From Burkholderiales bacterium (GTDB lineage: Bacteria > Pseudomonadota > Gammaproteobacteria > Burkholderiales > SG8-41), in the NCBI GenBank assembly GCA_019634975.1, contig JAHCAI010000004.1, positions 45,979 through 109,978 of the forward strand: 64,000 nucleotides of DNA, given 5' to 3'. Positions 19,486-27,276 of the stretch are shown here, in pieces (the first letter of the stretch is position 1; each line of letters opens with the position of its first letter). Both the position numbers and the translations under genes were made by a program. Below the pieces are notes generated by a model. That model had not been told where the DNA came from, ran no database searches, and was given only the letters and a program-made list of their open reading frames with translations.

Positions 19486-20412
19486 TCAGAGCCCGGCACG
19501 CTGGTCTTCGGGCAGGCCGTAGAGGTTTTCCAGTTCCTGGATTTCGGGCAGGCCGGCGATGTCGGTGAACTGCTTGAAGTTCGCCACCTTGTCGCGCATG
19601 TGGGCGATCGATCCGGTCTTTTTCAGTTCGCGCAGCAGGTTCTGCATGGCAGGGATTGCCGCCAGCATCACCCAGTTCGGATAAATCGCGATCTTGAAGC
19701 CGAGCCGGCCCAGTTCGTCGGCGGGAAGGTCCGGCGTCTTGCCGCTGGACGCCATGTTGTAGAGCAGGGGCACGCCCTGGAAGCGCCTTGAGACAATCTC
19801 CACCTGCTCGCGGCCGACCGGCGCCTCGATGAACAGCACGTCGGCACCGGCTTCGCGGTAGCGCTCGCCGCGTTCCAGAGCGGCATCCATGCCTTCCACG
19901 GCAATGGCGTCGGTGCGGGTGATGATGACGAAGTCATCGTCCCGCCGCGCATCGCAGGCAGCCTTGATCTTGGCCACCATTTCCGCGGTCGGGATCACGC
20001 GCTTGCCGGCGAGATGGCCGCAACGCTTGGGCCAGGCCTGGTCCTCGAGGTGCACGCCGGCGACGCCGGCCTTCTCGTAGTCGCGGATCGTGCGCCGGGT
20101 GTTGATCGGGTTGCCGTAGCCGGTGTCGGCGTCGGCGATCAGCGGCAGGCCCGAGGCATCGGCGATGCGGCCGGCGTTGTCGATCATCTCGGTCGCGGTG
20201 AGCAGGCCGACATCCGGCATGCCCAGCCGGGTCAGGCTGGTGCCGAAGCCGGTCATGTAGATGGCTTCGAAACCTTCCATTTTCACCATCCGCGCGGCGA
20301 AGGCGTCGGCGACGCCGGGGACAACAAGGCAGCCGGGGCGCGCCAGCAGCGCGCGCATGCGGGTGGTCGGACGTTCGGTGTTCTTGGCCATCAGGATCTT
20401 CCTGTCATTCAA
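19486..20412 (-). CDS. isocitrate lyase / PEP mutase superfamily C-C lyase (methylisocitrate / dimethylmalate lyase-like)
   Basis: Motifs IADADTGYGN and HLEDQAWPKRCGHLAGK (the lyase-type KRCGH gating loop). About 300 aa. The start could instead be ATG 20391. Confidence 0.8.
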   Translation of the reverse strand: MNDRKILMAKNTERPTTRMRALLARPGCLVVPGVADAFAARMVKMEGFEAIYMTGFGTSLTRLGMPDVGLLTATEMIDNAGRIADASGLPLIADADTGYGNPINTRRTIRDYEKAGVAGVHLEDQAWPKRCGHLAGKRVIPTAEMVAKIKAACDARRDDDFVIITRTDAIAVEGMDAALERGERYREAGADVLFIEAPVGREQVEIVSRRFQGVPLLYNMASSGKTPDLPADELGRLGFKIAIYPNWVMLAAIPAMQNLLRELKKTGSIAHMRDKVANFKQFTDIAGLPEIQELENLYGLPEDQRAGL

Positions 20413-21367
20413 ATTTGAGGTTGAGTTTTTTCACCAGCGCCTGCCATTGCTGCAGCTCGTCGCTGATGCGCCTGCTGAATTCCTCGGGGGAACTGGCGCC
20501 GGGGTTGGCGCCCAGGCCGCGGAAACGCTCGGCGACGGCGGGATTGTCCATCACCCTGCGCACCGCGGCATTGAGTTTTGCGACCACCGGCCTCGGCGTT
20601 CCTGCTGGCGCGAGCAGCCCGAGCAGGGTCGAGGCCCGGTAGCCCTTGTAGCCGAGTTCGTCCAGCGTCGGAACCGCGGGCAGCGCTGCGGCGCGTCGCC
20701 CGGTGGTCACGGCGAGCACCCTGAGCCGGCCGTCCTTGACGTAGCCGATGGAGGCCGCGAGCTGGTCGATCATGGTTTCGACCTGCCCGCCCAGCAGTTC
20801 CGACAGGGCCGGGCCGCTGCCCTTGTAGGGCACGTGCAACAGCCTGACGCCGGCCATGCTTGCAAACAGCTCTATTGCAAAGTGGTTGGTGGTGCCGGCG
20901 CCGGCAGAGGCGATGGTCAGCTTGCCGGGACGGGATTTTGCCGCGGCGACCAGATCGGCGATCGACTGGATGCCGGACCGGGGGCTGGCCAGCACCACCA
21001 GCGGCACGGCCTGCACCGTGGAGACCGGCGCAAAATCCTTCAGCGAGTCGTAGGGGAGCTTCTTGAAAATCACCGGATTCACCGACAGCGGGCCGCTGGA
21101 GCCGACGAGCAGGGTGTGGCCGTCAGCCGTGGATTTGGCGACCAGCGCGGCGCCGAGGTTGCCGCCGCCGCCAGGCCGGTTGTCGACGACCACCGTCTGT
21201 CCCAGCGCCTCGGCCAGCGGCGTGGCGATGATGCGCGCCGATATGTCGACGTTGCCTCCCGGCGCGTAGGGGACAACCATGCGGATCGGGCGCGACGGAA
21301 AGATTTCTGCGGCGAACGAAGGCGATGTCAGCGCCGCTAGTGCCAGCAGGGCAATGAACTTGTTCAT
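20405..21367 (-). CDS. Bug family (TctC-like) periplasmic substrate-binding protein
   Basis: Signal peptide ALLALAALTSPSFA. IRMVVPYAPGGNVDISAR and VVDNRPGGGG motifs. Confidence 0.85.
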   Translation of the reverse strand: MNKFIALLALAALTSPSFAAEIFPSRPIRMVVPYAPGGNVDISARIIATPLAEALGQTVVVDNRPGGGGNLGAALVAKSTADGHTLLVGSSGPLSVNPVIFKKLPYDSLKDFAPVSTVQAVPLVVLASPRSGIQSIADLVAAAKSRPGKLTIASAGAGTTNHFAIELFASMAGVRLLHVPYKGSGPALSELLGGQVETMIDQLAASIGYVKDGRLRVLAVTTGRRAAALPAVPTLDELGYKGYRASTLLGLLAPAGTPRPVVAKLNAAVRRVMDNPAVAERFRGLGANPGASSPEEFSRRISDELQQWQALVKKLNLKFE

Positions 21368-21485
21368 CTGCTGAGGTCCTCTCGAAGGCGGCGCTGGTGA
21401 CTGCTGCGCCTGTTGTTCTGGCCGGAGTGGAACCGGTGCCGTGAAGCCGGATCCATTTTATCGCGGTTCCCCTTGCCGCGGGACC

Positions 21486-22037
21486 TCAGAAGGCGCTGCT
21501 GTGCCAGCGGCCGTCAGCTGTACGGTTCAGCAACAGGGGCAGGCTGTTCGGCACCGGCGCTTCCTGCGGCGGCAGATCGAGCCAGGCGCTGAGCACGCGG
21601 AAAGTGCCGGAGTGCGCGACGATCAGCGGCATGCGGCTTGCGCCGATCTTCTGCAGCCCTTTCAGGGTGCGTGCGCGGAATTCTTCCGGGCTTTCGCCGC
21701 CGGGCGGAGTGGCCTCGCGCACGCGCAGTGCCCGCGGTTGCCCTTCGAGTTCGCCCCAGTTGCGTTCCGCGAGTTCCGCCACGATCACCGGTTCGATGCC
21801 CAGCACCCCGGCGACGCAGCGCGCCGTGTCGCGCGCCCGCTGCAGGGGACTGCACCAGATGGCATCGATGCCGCTGGCGGCCAGGCGCCCTGCCGCGGCC
21901 TGTGCCTGCGCCAGTCCCTTCGCATTGAGAGGGACATCCGTGGCCCCCGCGACCAGGGCGAGCCGGTTGTGCTCGGTTTCACCGTGCCGCAGGAAGCAGA
22001 ATGGTCCGCCGAGCAGCGGCGCCGCGCCGGTTCTCAC
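21486..22037 (-). CDS. histidine phosphatase (phosphoglycerate mutase-like) family protein
   Basis: GTG 22037 overlaps the upstream stop (GTGA). Catalytic FLRHGETEHN and second His in IVAHSGT. 183 aa. The longer track ORF overlaps the MBL gene out of frame. Confidence 0.75.
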   Translation of the reverse strand: MRTGAAPLLGGPFCFLRHGETEHNRLALVAGATDVPLNAKGLAQAQAAAGRLAASGIDAIWCSPLQRARDTARCVAGVLGIEPVIVAELAERNWGELEGQPRALRVREATPPGGESPEEFRARTLKGLQKIGASRMPLIVAHSGTFRVLSAWLDLPPQEAPVPNSLPLLLNRTADGRWHSSAF

Positions 22038-23122
22038 AGTTCTACAGGTCCCGTGGTGACCACCCGTGCCGGCGCAAACGCGCGCTGCCAGGCGGCAAGG
22101 TATTTCGCGTCGCCGAAAGCCGGCAATACGCAACGGGCACCGACCGCTTTTGCCAGCGCGGCGTTGTCCGACAGCCGTGGATGCACATTCCAGCGCAGAT
22201 AGCGGGCACGGCCGCTGAGGGTCAGCCGCTCGGCGGGCGTACCGGGCGGCAGGTAGCCGGTGAAAACGATGGCCGGTGTCTCGCAATTCTCCCAGCGTGC
22301 AAGCAGCTCCGCGGCATCGCCCGCGGTGCCGTCGGCGCGGCTCGCCAGGGTGATGCCTCCGGGTTCGCCGGACGCCGGGGCGGCTTCCGCGATCTGCGAC
22401 AGCTCCGGCGCCACGCCGGGACGGAGGCAGGCGGCATCGCTGGTTGCCAGCCGCTGCAGGGCGCTGCGGATGCGCCCGTCGATGCGCGGCAGCGGGTGGC
22501 CGCTGCGCAGCAGGTGGAGGGCGATCTCGGGACCGCGACCGTTCTCGGGCACCGGCAGCAGCAGGCCCTGCGGGGCTGAGAAAGATTCCGCAAGAGCTTG
22601 CTGACACTGCGCCAGCGGCACATCGTAGTCGCCGTACGAGGCATCGAGGATCAGCGTCCCGGCGGGCGGCGGCAGGTCGTGGGCATAGAGCGCGGACTCA
22701 ACCGAGTTGTCGCCCATGTAGAGCAGGCCATCGCCCAGCGCGAGGTGCAGCCAGACGCCGCCCGGTGCATGGCCCGAGCGCCCGGTGGTGACACGCAGGC
22801 CCATAACCCCGGTGCTGCCGCTGAGCGGCAGGGGTCGCGCAGTGACAGGGGACGGCAGGCCGCGGGCAACAATGTCGGTCGCGTACAGCGGCGGGTTGCC
22901 GATCGCGGGCAGGAGCTTCAGCCCGCCGGCGTGGTCGGCGTGGCCGTGCGACAACAACAGGGCGTCGACAGGACCGACGCCGCCGACGTCGGGCCACAGG
23001 CCGGGTTGCGGCCCGTAGCCGAGGTCGAGCATCAGCCGCAGGACGCCGGCTTCGACGATGAAACAGGCGGGCCCCTTGCGCCCGCAGCCGGACACGGGCA
23101 GCAGTCGGGCTTTCGCGGACAT
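22034..23122 (-). CDS. MBL-fold metallo-hydrolase, beta-CASP-like
   Basis: HxHxDH motif LLSHGHADHAGG, then GRSGHAPGG and LYMGDNS. The C-terminal half has LILDASYG, IVFTGYLPPGTP and NVHPRLSD, resembling beta-CASP motifs A-C. Confidence 0.65.
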   Translation of the reverse strand: MSAKARLLPVSGCGRKGPACFIVEAGVLRLMLDLGYGPQPGLWPDVGGVGPVDALLLSHGHADHAGGLKLLPAIGNPPLYATDIVARGLPSPVTARPLPLSGSTGVMGLRVTTGRSGHAPGGVWLHLALGDGLLYMGDNSVESALYAHDLPPPAGTLILDASYGDYDVPLAQCQQALAESFSAPQGLLLPVPENGRGPEIALHLLRSGHPLPRIDGRIRSALQRLATSDAACLRPGVAPELSQIAEAAPASGEPGGITLASRADGTAGDAAELLARWENCETPAIVFTGYLPPGTPAERLTLSGRARYLRWNVHPRLSDNAALAKAVGARCVLPAFGDAKYLAAWQRAFAPARVVTTGPVEL

Positions 23123-23127
23123 CGCTG

Positions 23128-23820
23128 TCAGTCGCTGGTCGGGGTGATCTGGAAGCCCTTGACCGCCTCCATGCTCGACAGCGTCGCCGCCAGCGCGCGC
23201 AGGTTGCGGGTGTCGAGCGTGCGCAGCACCATGCGGTATTCGAAATTCTCACCCTGGTCGCGCAGACGGTAAGTCACGTGGGCGACGCTGAAGTCGTGCT
23301 TGGCGACCAGCTTGCGCAATTCGTCCTCGCCCATGTCGTGGCTGCGCTGCACGCGCACGCTGAAGATCGCGTACTGCTCGGTGCGCATCCGGCCCTCGAT
23401 CCAGCGGAAGCCGGACAGCGTGCCCAGCGTCAGCACGGTGGCCAGCGCCGCCGGCAGGTAGAAGCCGATGCCGACGAGGATGCCGATGGCCGAGGTGATC
23501 CAGATCGAGGCGGCGGTGGTGAGCCCGCGCACCGAAGTGCCTTCCTTCATGATCACGCCCGCGCCGAGGAAGCCGATGCCGGTCATGATGCCCTGGGCCA
23601 TGCGTGTCGGATCGACCACCACCCGCGAGTTGCCGTCAGGCTGGAACCACTGGCTTTCGTAGACGGTGACCAGCATCAGCAGGCTTGAGGCGACGCAGAC
23701 CAGCGCATGGGTGCGGAAGCCGGCGGGGCGGCCGCGGTAGCTGCGCTCGAGGCCGATCAGGGCGCCCACGCCCAGTGCGCCGGTCAGGCGGATGCAGATT
23801 TCGATGAAGTCGCCGCTCAT
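23128..23820 (-). CDS. MgtC/SapB family membrane protein
   Basis: Signature GVGALIGLERSYRGRPAGFRTH, several TM helices and a soluble C-terminal domain. ATG 23820 chosen (MSGDFIE...). Confidence 0.8.
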   Translation of the reverse strand: MSGDFIEICIRLTGALGVGALIGLERSYRGRPAGFRTHALVCVASSLLMLVTVYESQWFQPDGNSRVVVDPTRMAQGIMTGIGFLGAGVIMKEGTSVRGLTTAASIWITSAIGILVGIGFYLPAALATVLTLGTLSGFRWIEGRMRTEQYAIFSVRVQRSHDMGEDELRKLVAKHDFSVAHVTYRLRDQGENFEYRMVLRTLDTRNLRALAATLSSMEAVKGFQITPTSD

Positions 23821-23893
23821 GGTGGGTTGTTCCCGTGGTTTGTGCCGCTGTTGCCGCAATTCTGCAACAAATATTGCATAACTTCAGGCTTGT

Positions 23894-23909
23894 TGCAATG
23901 AACATTGCA
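23894..23909. promoter_or_regulatory. palindrome TGCAATG-AA-CATTGCA in the mgtC / rpiR divergent region
   Basis: Perfect 7-bp inverted repeat. A second TGCAA-N6-TTGCA lies at 23863-23878. Confidence 0.3.
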
Positions 23910-23972
23910 GCAAGCGGATGCCCGTGCTCTAATCACCCGCACCTTAACCCGTGGCAGAACGCGCAACAACCC

Positions 23973-24815
23973 ATGCCCCTGCATGAACTCCTGGCCCGCT
24001 TCGACGGCAAGCTGACGGCGGCGGACCGCCGGCTGGCGGAGGTGCTGCTCGCGGCGCCCCGCGAAACCGCCTTCCTGTCCGCGGGTGAAGTCGCGCAGCG
24101 CGCCGGCGTCAATGCCGCGACCGCGGTGCGTTTCGCGCGCAAGCTGGGCTACGCCGGTTATCCCGAACTGCGCGGGCTGCTGCGTCAGGAACTGTTCGGC
24201 GTTTCCGATGCCGCCGGTCGCATGCGGGAACGCATGCGCAAGCTGGCCGGCCGTTCAGTGCTGGGGGCTTTCGTCGAGAACGAAATTGCCAATCTTGCCC
24301 GGCTGCCCGAACAGATCAGCGATGCCGACCTGCGCGCCGCCGCGCGCGCGGTGGCGCGCGCCGGGCAGGTCTGCCTGTACGCTGTCGGTCATGCCGCCGC
24401 GCTCGCCAGCCTGCTCGATTCCAGGCTGGGGCGGGCCGGTTTCCGCACCCGCATCCTGTCTCCGGTGGCCCGTGACATGGCGGCTGACCTCGCGCAACTG
24501 CGCCGGCATGATGTGCTGGTCCTGTTCGCGCTGAACACGCTGCCGCCGCTGATGCCGAAGATCGTCGCCGAGGTCCGTGCCGCCGGGGCCGTCTGCGTGC
24601 TGATCACCGACATTCCCGCGCCTCCGCTCAAGCCCGCGCCGCAGATCGTGCTGTCCGCAGGCCGCGGCCCTGCCGGGGAGCCGCGCTCGCTGGCGGTGCC
24701 GATGACATTGTGCAATGCGCTGGTGCTGCATCTGTCGCGGCTTGATCCGCGGCGCACCCTGTCCAGCCTGGAGAAGCTGGACCGTGTGCGCCGCAGGCTC
24801 GGAGAAACATCCTGA
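23973..24815 (+). CDS. MurR/RpiR family transcriptional regulator
   Basis: HTH_6 segment SAGEVAQRAGVNAATAVRFARKLGYAGYPELR followed by a SIS-type domain. ATG 23973 chosen over the upstream track start 23835. Confidence 0.8.
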   Translation: MPLHELLARFDGKLTAADRRLAEVLLAAPRETAFLSAGEVAQRAGVNAATAVRFARKLGYAGYPELRGLLRQELFGVSDAAGRMRERMRKLAGRSVLGAFVENEIANLARLPEQISDADLRAAARAVARAGQVCLYAVGHAAALASLLDSRLGRAGFRTRILSPVARDMAADLAQLRRHDVLVLFALNTLPPLMPKIVAEVRAAGAVCVLITDIPAPPLKPAPQIVLSAGRGPAGEPRSLAVPMTLCNALVLHLSRLDPRRTLSSLEKLDRVRRRLGETS

Positions 24816-24841
24816 TCACCACTGTACAGGGAGAAACCACC

Positions 24842-25816
24842 ATGATCTGCATCCGGAAACTCGTTCTCGCCGCTTGCGGCCTCGCGCTTGCCGCGCCAGT
24901 GGCCACCGTGCTTGCGCAGGCTTATCCCGATCGTCCGATCCGCTTCATAGTGCCTTTCCCGCCGGGCGGCGGCAACGACATCGTCGGCCGCATCGTCGCC
25001 CAGAAGCTTGCCGAAGGACTGAAGCAGACGGTGGTCGTCGACAACCGCGGCGGCGCCGGCGGCACCATCGGCACCGACATGACCGCCAAGGCGCCCGCAG
25101 ACGGGCATACCATGCTGGTCAACAACATCAGCCTGGCGGTCAACGCGACGCTGATCCCGAAGCTGCCCTACGACACGCTGCGCCAGTTGGTCCCGGTGTC
25201 GATCATCGGCCGCCAGCCCAACATCCTCGTCGTCCATCCCGGCGTGAAGGCGAAAAACGTGAAGGAACTGCTAGACCTGGCGCGGGCGAAGCCGGGCGGC
25301 GTCAACTACGGCTCCGGCGGCGTCGGCACCGCTTCGCATCTGGCCACCGAGCTGCTGCAGCTCTCGACCGGCACCAAAATGACCCACGTCCCGTACAAGG
25401 GGCTGGGCCCGGCGCTGATCGACCTGATGGGCGGGCGCACCGAATTCATCATCTCGACGATGGCCTCGGCCCTGCCGCAGCTGAAGTCCGGCAAGCTGCG
25501 GCCGCTGGCGGCGACCACCGTCAAGCGTTCGGCGTTTTTCCCGGAAGTGCCGACGATGATCGAGTCCGGCGTGGCCGGTTATGACTTCACCACCTGGTAT
25601 GCGCTGGTCGTGCCCGCCGGAGTGCCGAAGCCGGTGATGGCGCGGCTCAATGGCGAGCTGAAAACGATTGCCGGCATGCCGGCCGTGAAGGAACAGTTTT
25701 CGGCACAGGGCCTTGAGACGGCGCATACCGGCAGCGACGAGGCGCAGAAATACCTGGCCGCCGAAGTGGCAAAGTGGGGCAAGGTGATCAAGGCTTCAGG
25801 CGCGACGCCCGATTGA
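24842..25816 (+). CDS. Bug family (TctC-like) periplasmic substrate-binding protein
   Basis: Signal peptide. IRFIVPFPPGGGNDIVGR and VVDNRGGAGG motifs. 324 aa. Confidence 0.85.
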   Translation: MICIRKLVLAACGLALAAPVATVLAQAYPDRPIRFIVPFPPGGGNDIVGRIVAQKLAEGLKQTVVVDNRGGAGGTIGTDMTAKAPADGHTMLVNNISLAVNATLIPKLPYDTLRQLVPVSIIGRQPNILVVHPGVKAKNVKELLDLARAKPGGVNYGSGGVGTASHLATELLQLSTGTKMTHVPYKGLGPALIDLMGGRTEFIISTMASALPQLKSGKLRPLAATTVKRSAFFPEVPTMIESGVAGYDFTTWYALVVPAGVPKPVMARLNGELKTIAGMPAVKEQFSAQGLETAHTGSDEAQKYLAAEVAKWGKVIKASGATPD

Positions 25817-25819
25817 GGC

Positions 25820-25845
25820 ACCCGCCCGGCATCCGCCGGGCGGGT
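25820..25845. terminator. GC-rich hairpin between convergent genes (possible bidirectional terminator)
   Basis: Perfect 11-bp stem ACCCGCCCGGC / GCCGGGCGGGT with loop ATCC. No U-tract on either side. Confidence 0.4.
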
Positions 25846-25856
25846 CGTGCAGCGGT

Positions 25857-27215
25857 TCAGCCCGCCGCGCGTTTGGCGCCAGCGCCGGTGTCGTAATCGA
25901 CGTTGCCCAGCTTCTCGGTATCCCACAACTGTTTCAGCAGCGCTGCGGCGGCGGCCTTGCCCAGCACCGGCTCGGCGAGTTCCGTGAACTTGTCGTTCAG
26001 TTCCTCGTCGGTCAGCGGCAACTCGGGGTCACCCTTGCGGTACGGCTGGAAGTGTTCCAGCTTGCGGCCGTCGTTGAGTTCGATCTCGACGCGCGACTCG
26101 CGGCGGTTGGGATATCCCGCTGAAATCTCCGGATCGGCGATCGGCTCGATTTTCTTCAGCAGCGCGCGCACGTCCGGATCGTTCAGGTGATCCGGGTCGA
26201 AGGCGTTCAGGCGCACGCTGCCGCGCACCAGCGCGTGGGCGACGGTGTACTGGATGCTGAACTTGGCCTGGTATTCGCCTTCGGGGTTGTTGTTGTCGAT
26301 GATGTTGAGGCCGGCCTTGTAGGTGTACAGGCGGATGTGTTTCACATCCTTGTGCGTGAAGCCGTGCTGCTTCTGCAGGTGCAGCGCGCCGTCGATCGAC
26401 GGGAAGGTGTGGCCGCAGCAGCCGTGGTTTTTGAAGGTCATCTGGATGATGTGGTAATCCGTGCCGAGGCCCTTCGTCGCCTTGCTCCAGTCCGGGTTCA
26501 CGCTCATCGCATTGCCGAAACCGACTTCGCCCTCGATCATGTCGAGCGCGCCGGTGAGGCCCTTCATCGCCGCCATCGCCGCCCAGCAGCCGGCATCCGC
26601 CGCGTGGCCGCCGTGCAGCGGTTTGGTCATCGCCTGCGAACGGAAGGCCTGTTGCAGGCCCGAGGCGAAGCTGCCGACCGTCGCGAGCGCGTGCATGAAC
26701 TGTTCCTTGTTGGCACCGAGGATCGTGGCTGCCGCCGCAGCAGCGCCGAAGGAGCCGACGGTGCCGGTGGTGTGCCAGTACTTGTAATGCGAGGGCATGA
26801 TCGCCTCGCCGATGCGGGTCGAGATTTCATAACCGACGATCACGCCGCGCAGGAATTTGTCGCCGCTGGCGCCGCTGGCCTGGGCCGCGGCCAGTGCCGC
26901 GGAGATCACCGGGCTGCCGGGGTGGTAACCGGCGTCGCGGTAGATGTCGTCGAACTCGACCGAGTGCGAGGCGGCGCCGTTGATCAGCGCGGCCGCGCGC
27001 AGCGTCGCGCGGCGGCCGGTGGCGAGCCTTGCGCGGCCGCGGTCGAGGTCCTCGGCGAAGGCTTCTTCCATCAGTTTTGCCGGATTGACGATACTGCCGG
27101 GCAGCAGTGCCGCGTACCAGTCGATCACCGCGCGCTTGGCGTGGTGGATCACCTGCGGCGGCAGTTTCGAAGTCTGTTCGCGGATGGCGTAATCGGCCAG
27201 TTGTTGCAGCAGCAT
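25857..27215 (-). CDS. MmgE/PrpD family protein
   Basis: 452 aa. N-terminal VIHHAKRAVIDWYAA and the NGAASHSVEFDD motif typical of the 2-methylcitrate dehydratase fold. Confidence 0.8.
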   Translation of the reverse strand: MLLQQLADYAIREQTSKLPPQVIHHAKRAVIDWYAALLPGSIVNPAKLMEEAFAEDLDRGRARLATGRRATLRAAALINGAASHSVEFDDIYRDAGYHPGSPVISAALAAAQASGASGDKFLRGVIVGYEISTRIGEAIMPSHYKYWHTTGTVGSFGAAAAAATILGANKEQFMHALATVGSFASGLQQAFRSQAMTKPLHGGHAADAGCWAAMAAMKGLTGALDMIEGEVGFGNAMSVNPDWSKATKGLGTDYHIIQMTFKNHGCCGHTFPSIDGALHLQKQHGFTHKDVKHIRLYTYKAGLNIIDNNNPEGEYQAKFSIQYTVAHALVRGSVRLNAFDPDHLNDPDVRALLKKIEPIADPEISAGYPNRRESRVEIELNDGRKLEHFQPYRKGDPELPLTDEELNDKFTELAEPVLGKAAAAALLKQLWDTEKLGNVDYDTGAGAKRAAG

Positions 27216-27276
27216 GATGGTTCTCCTCCGTTCGGCTCGGTATGTCGTGACTGTGCCAGTACTGCGGTTTTCCTGC

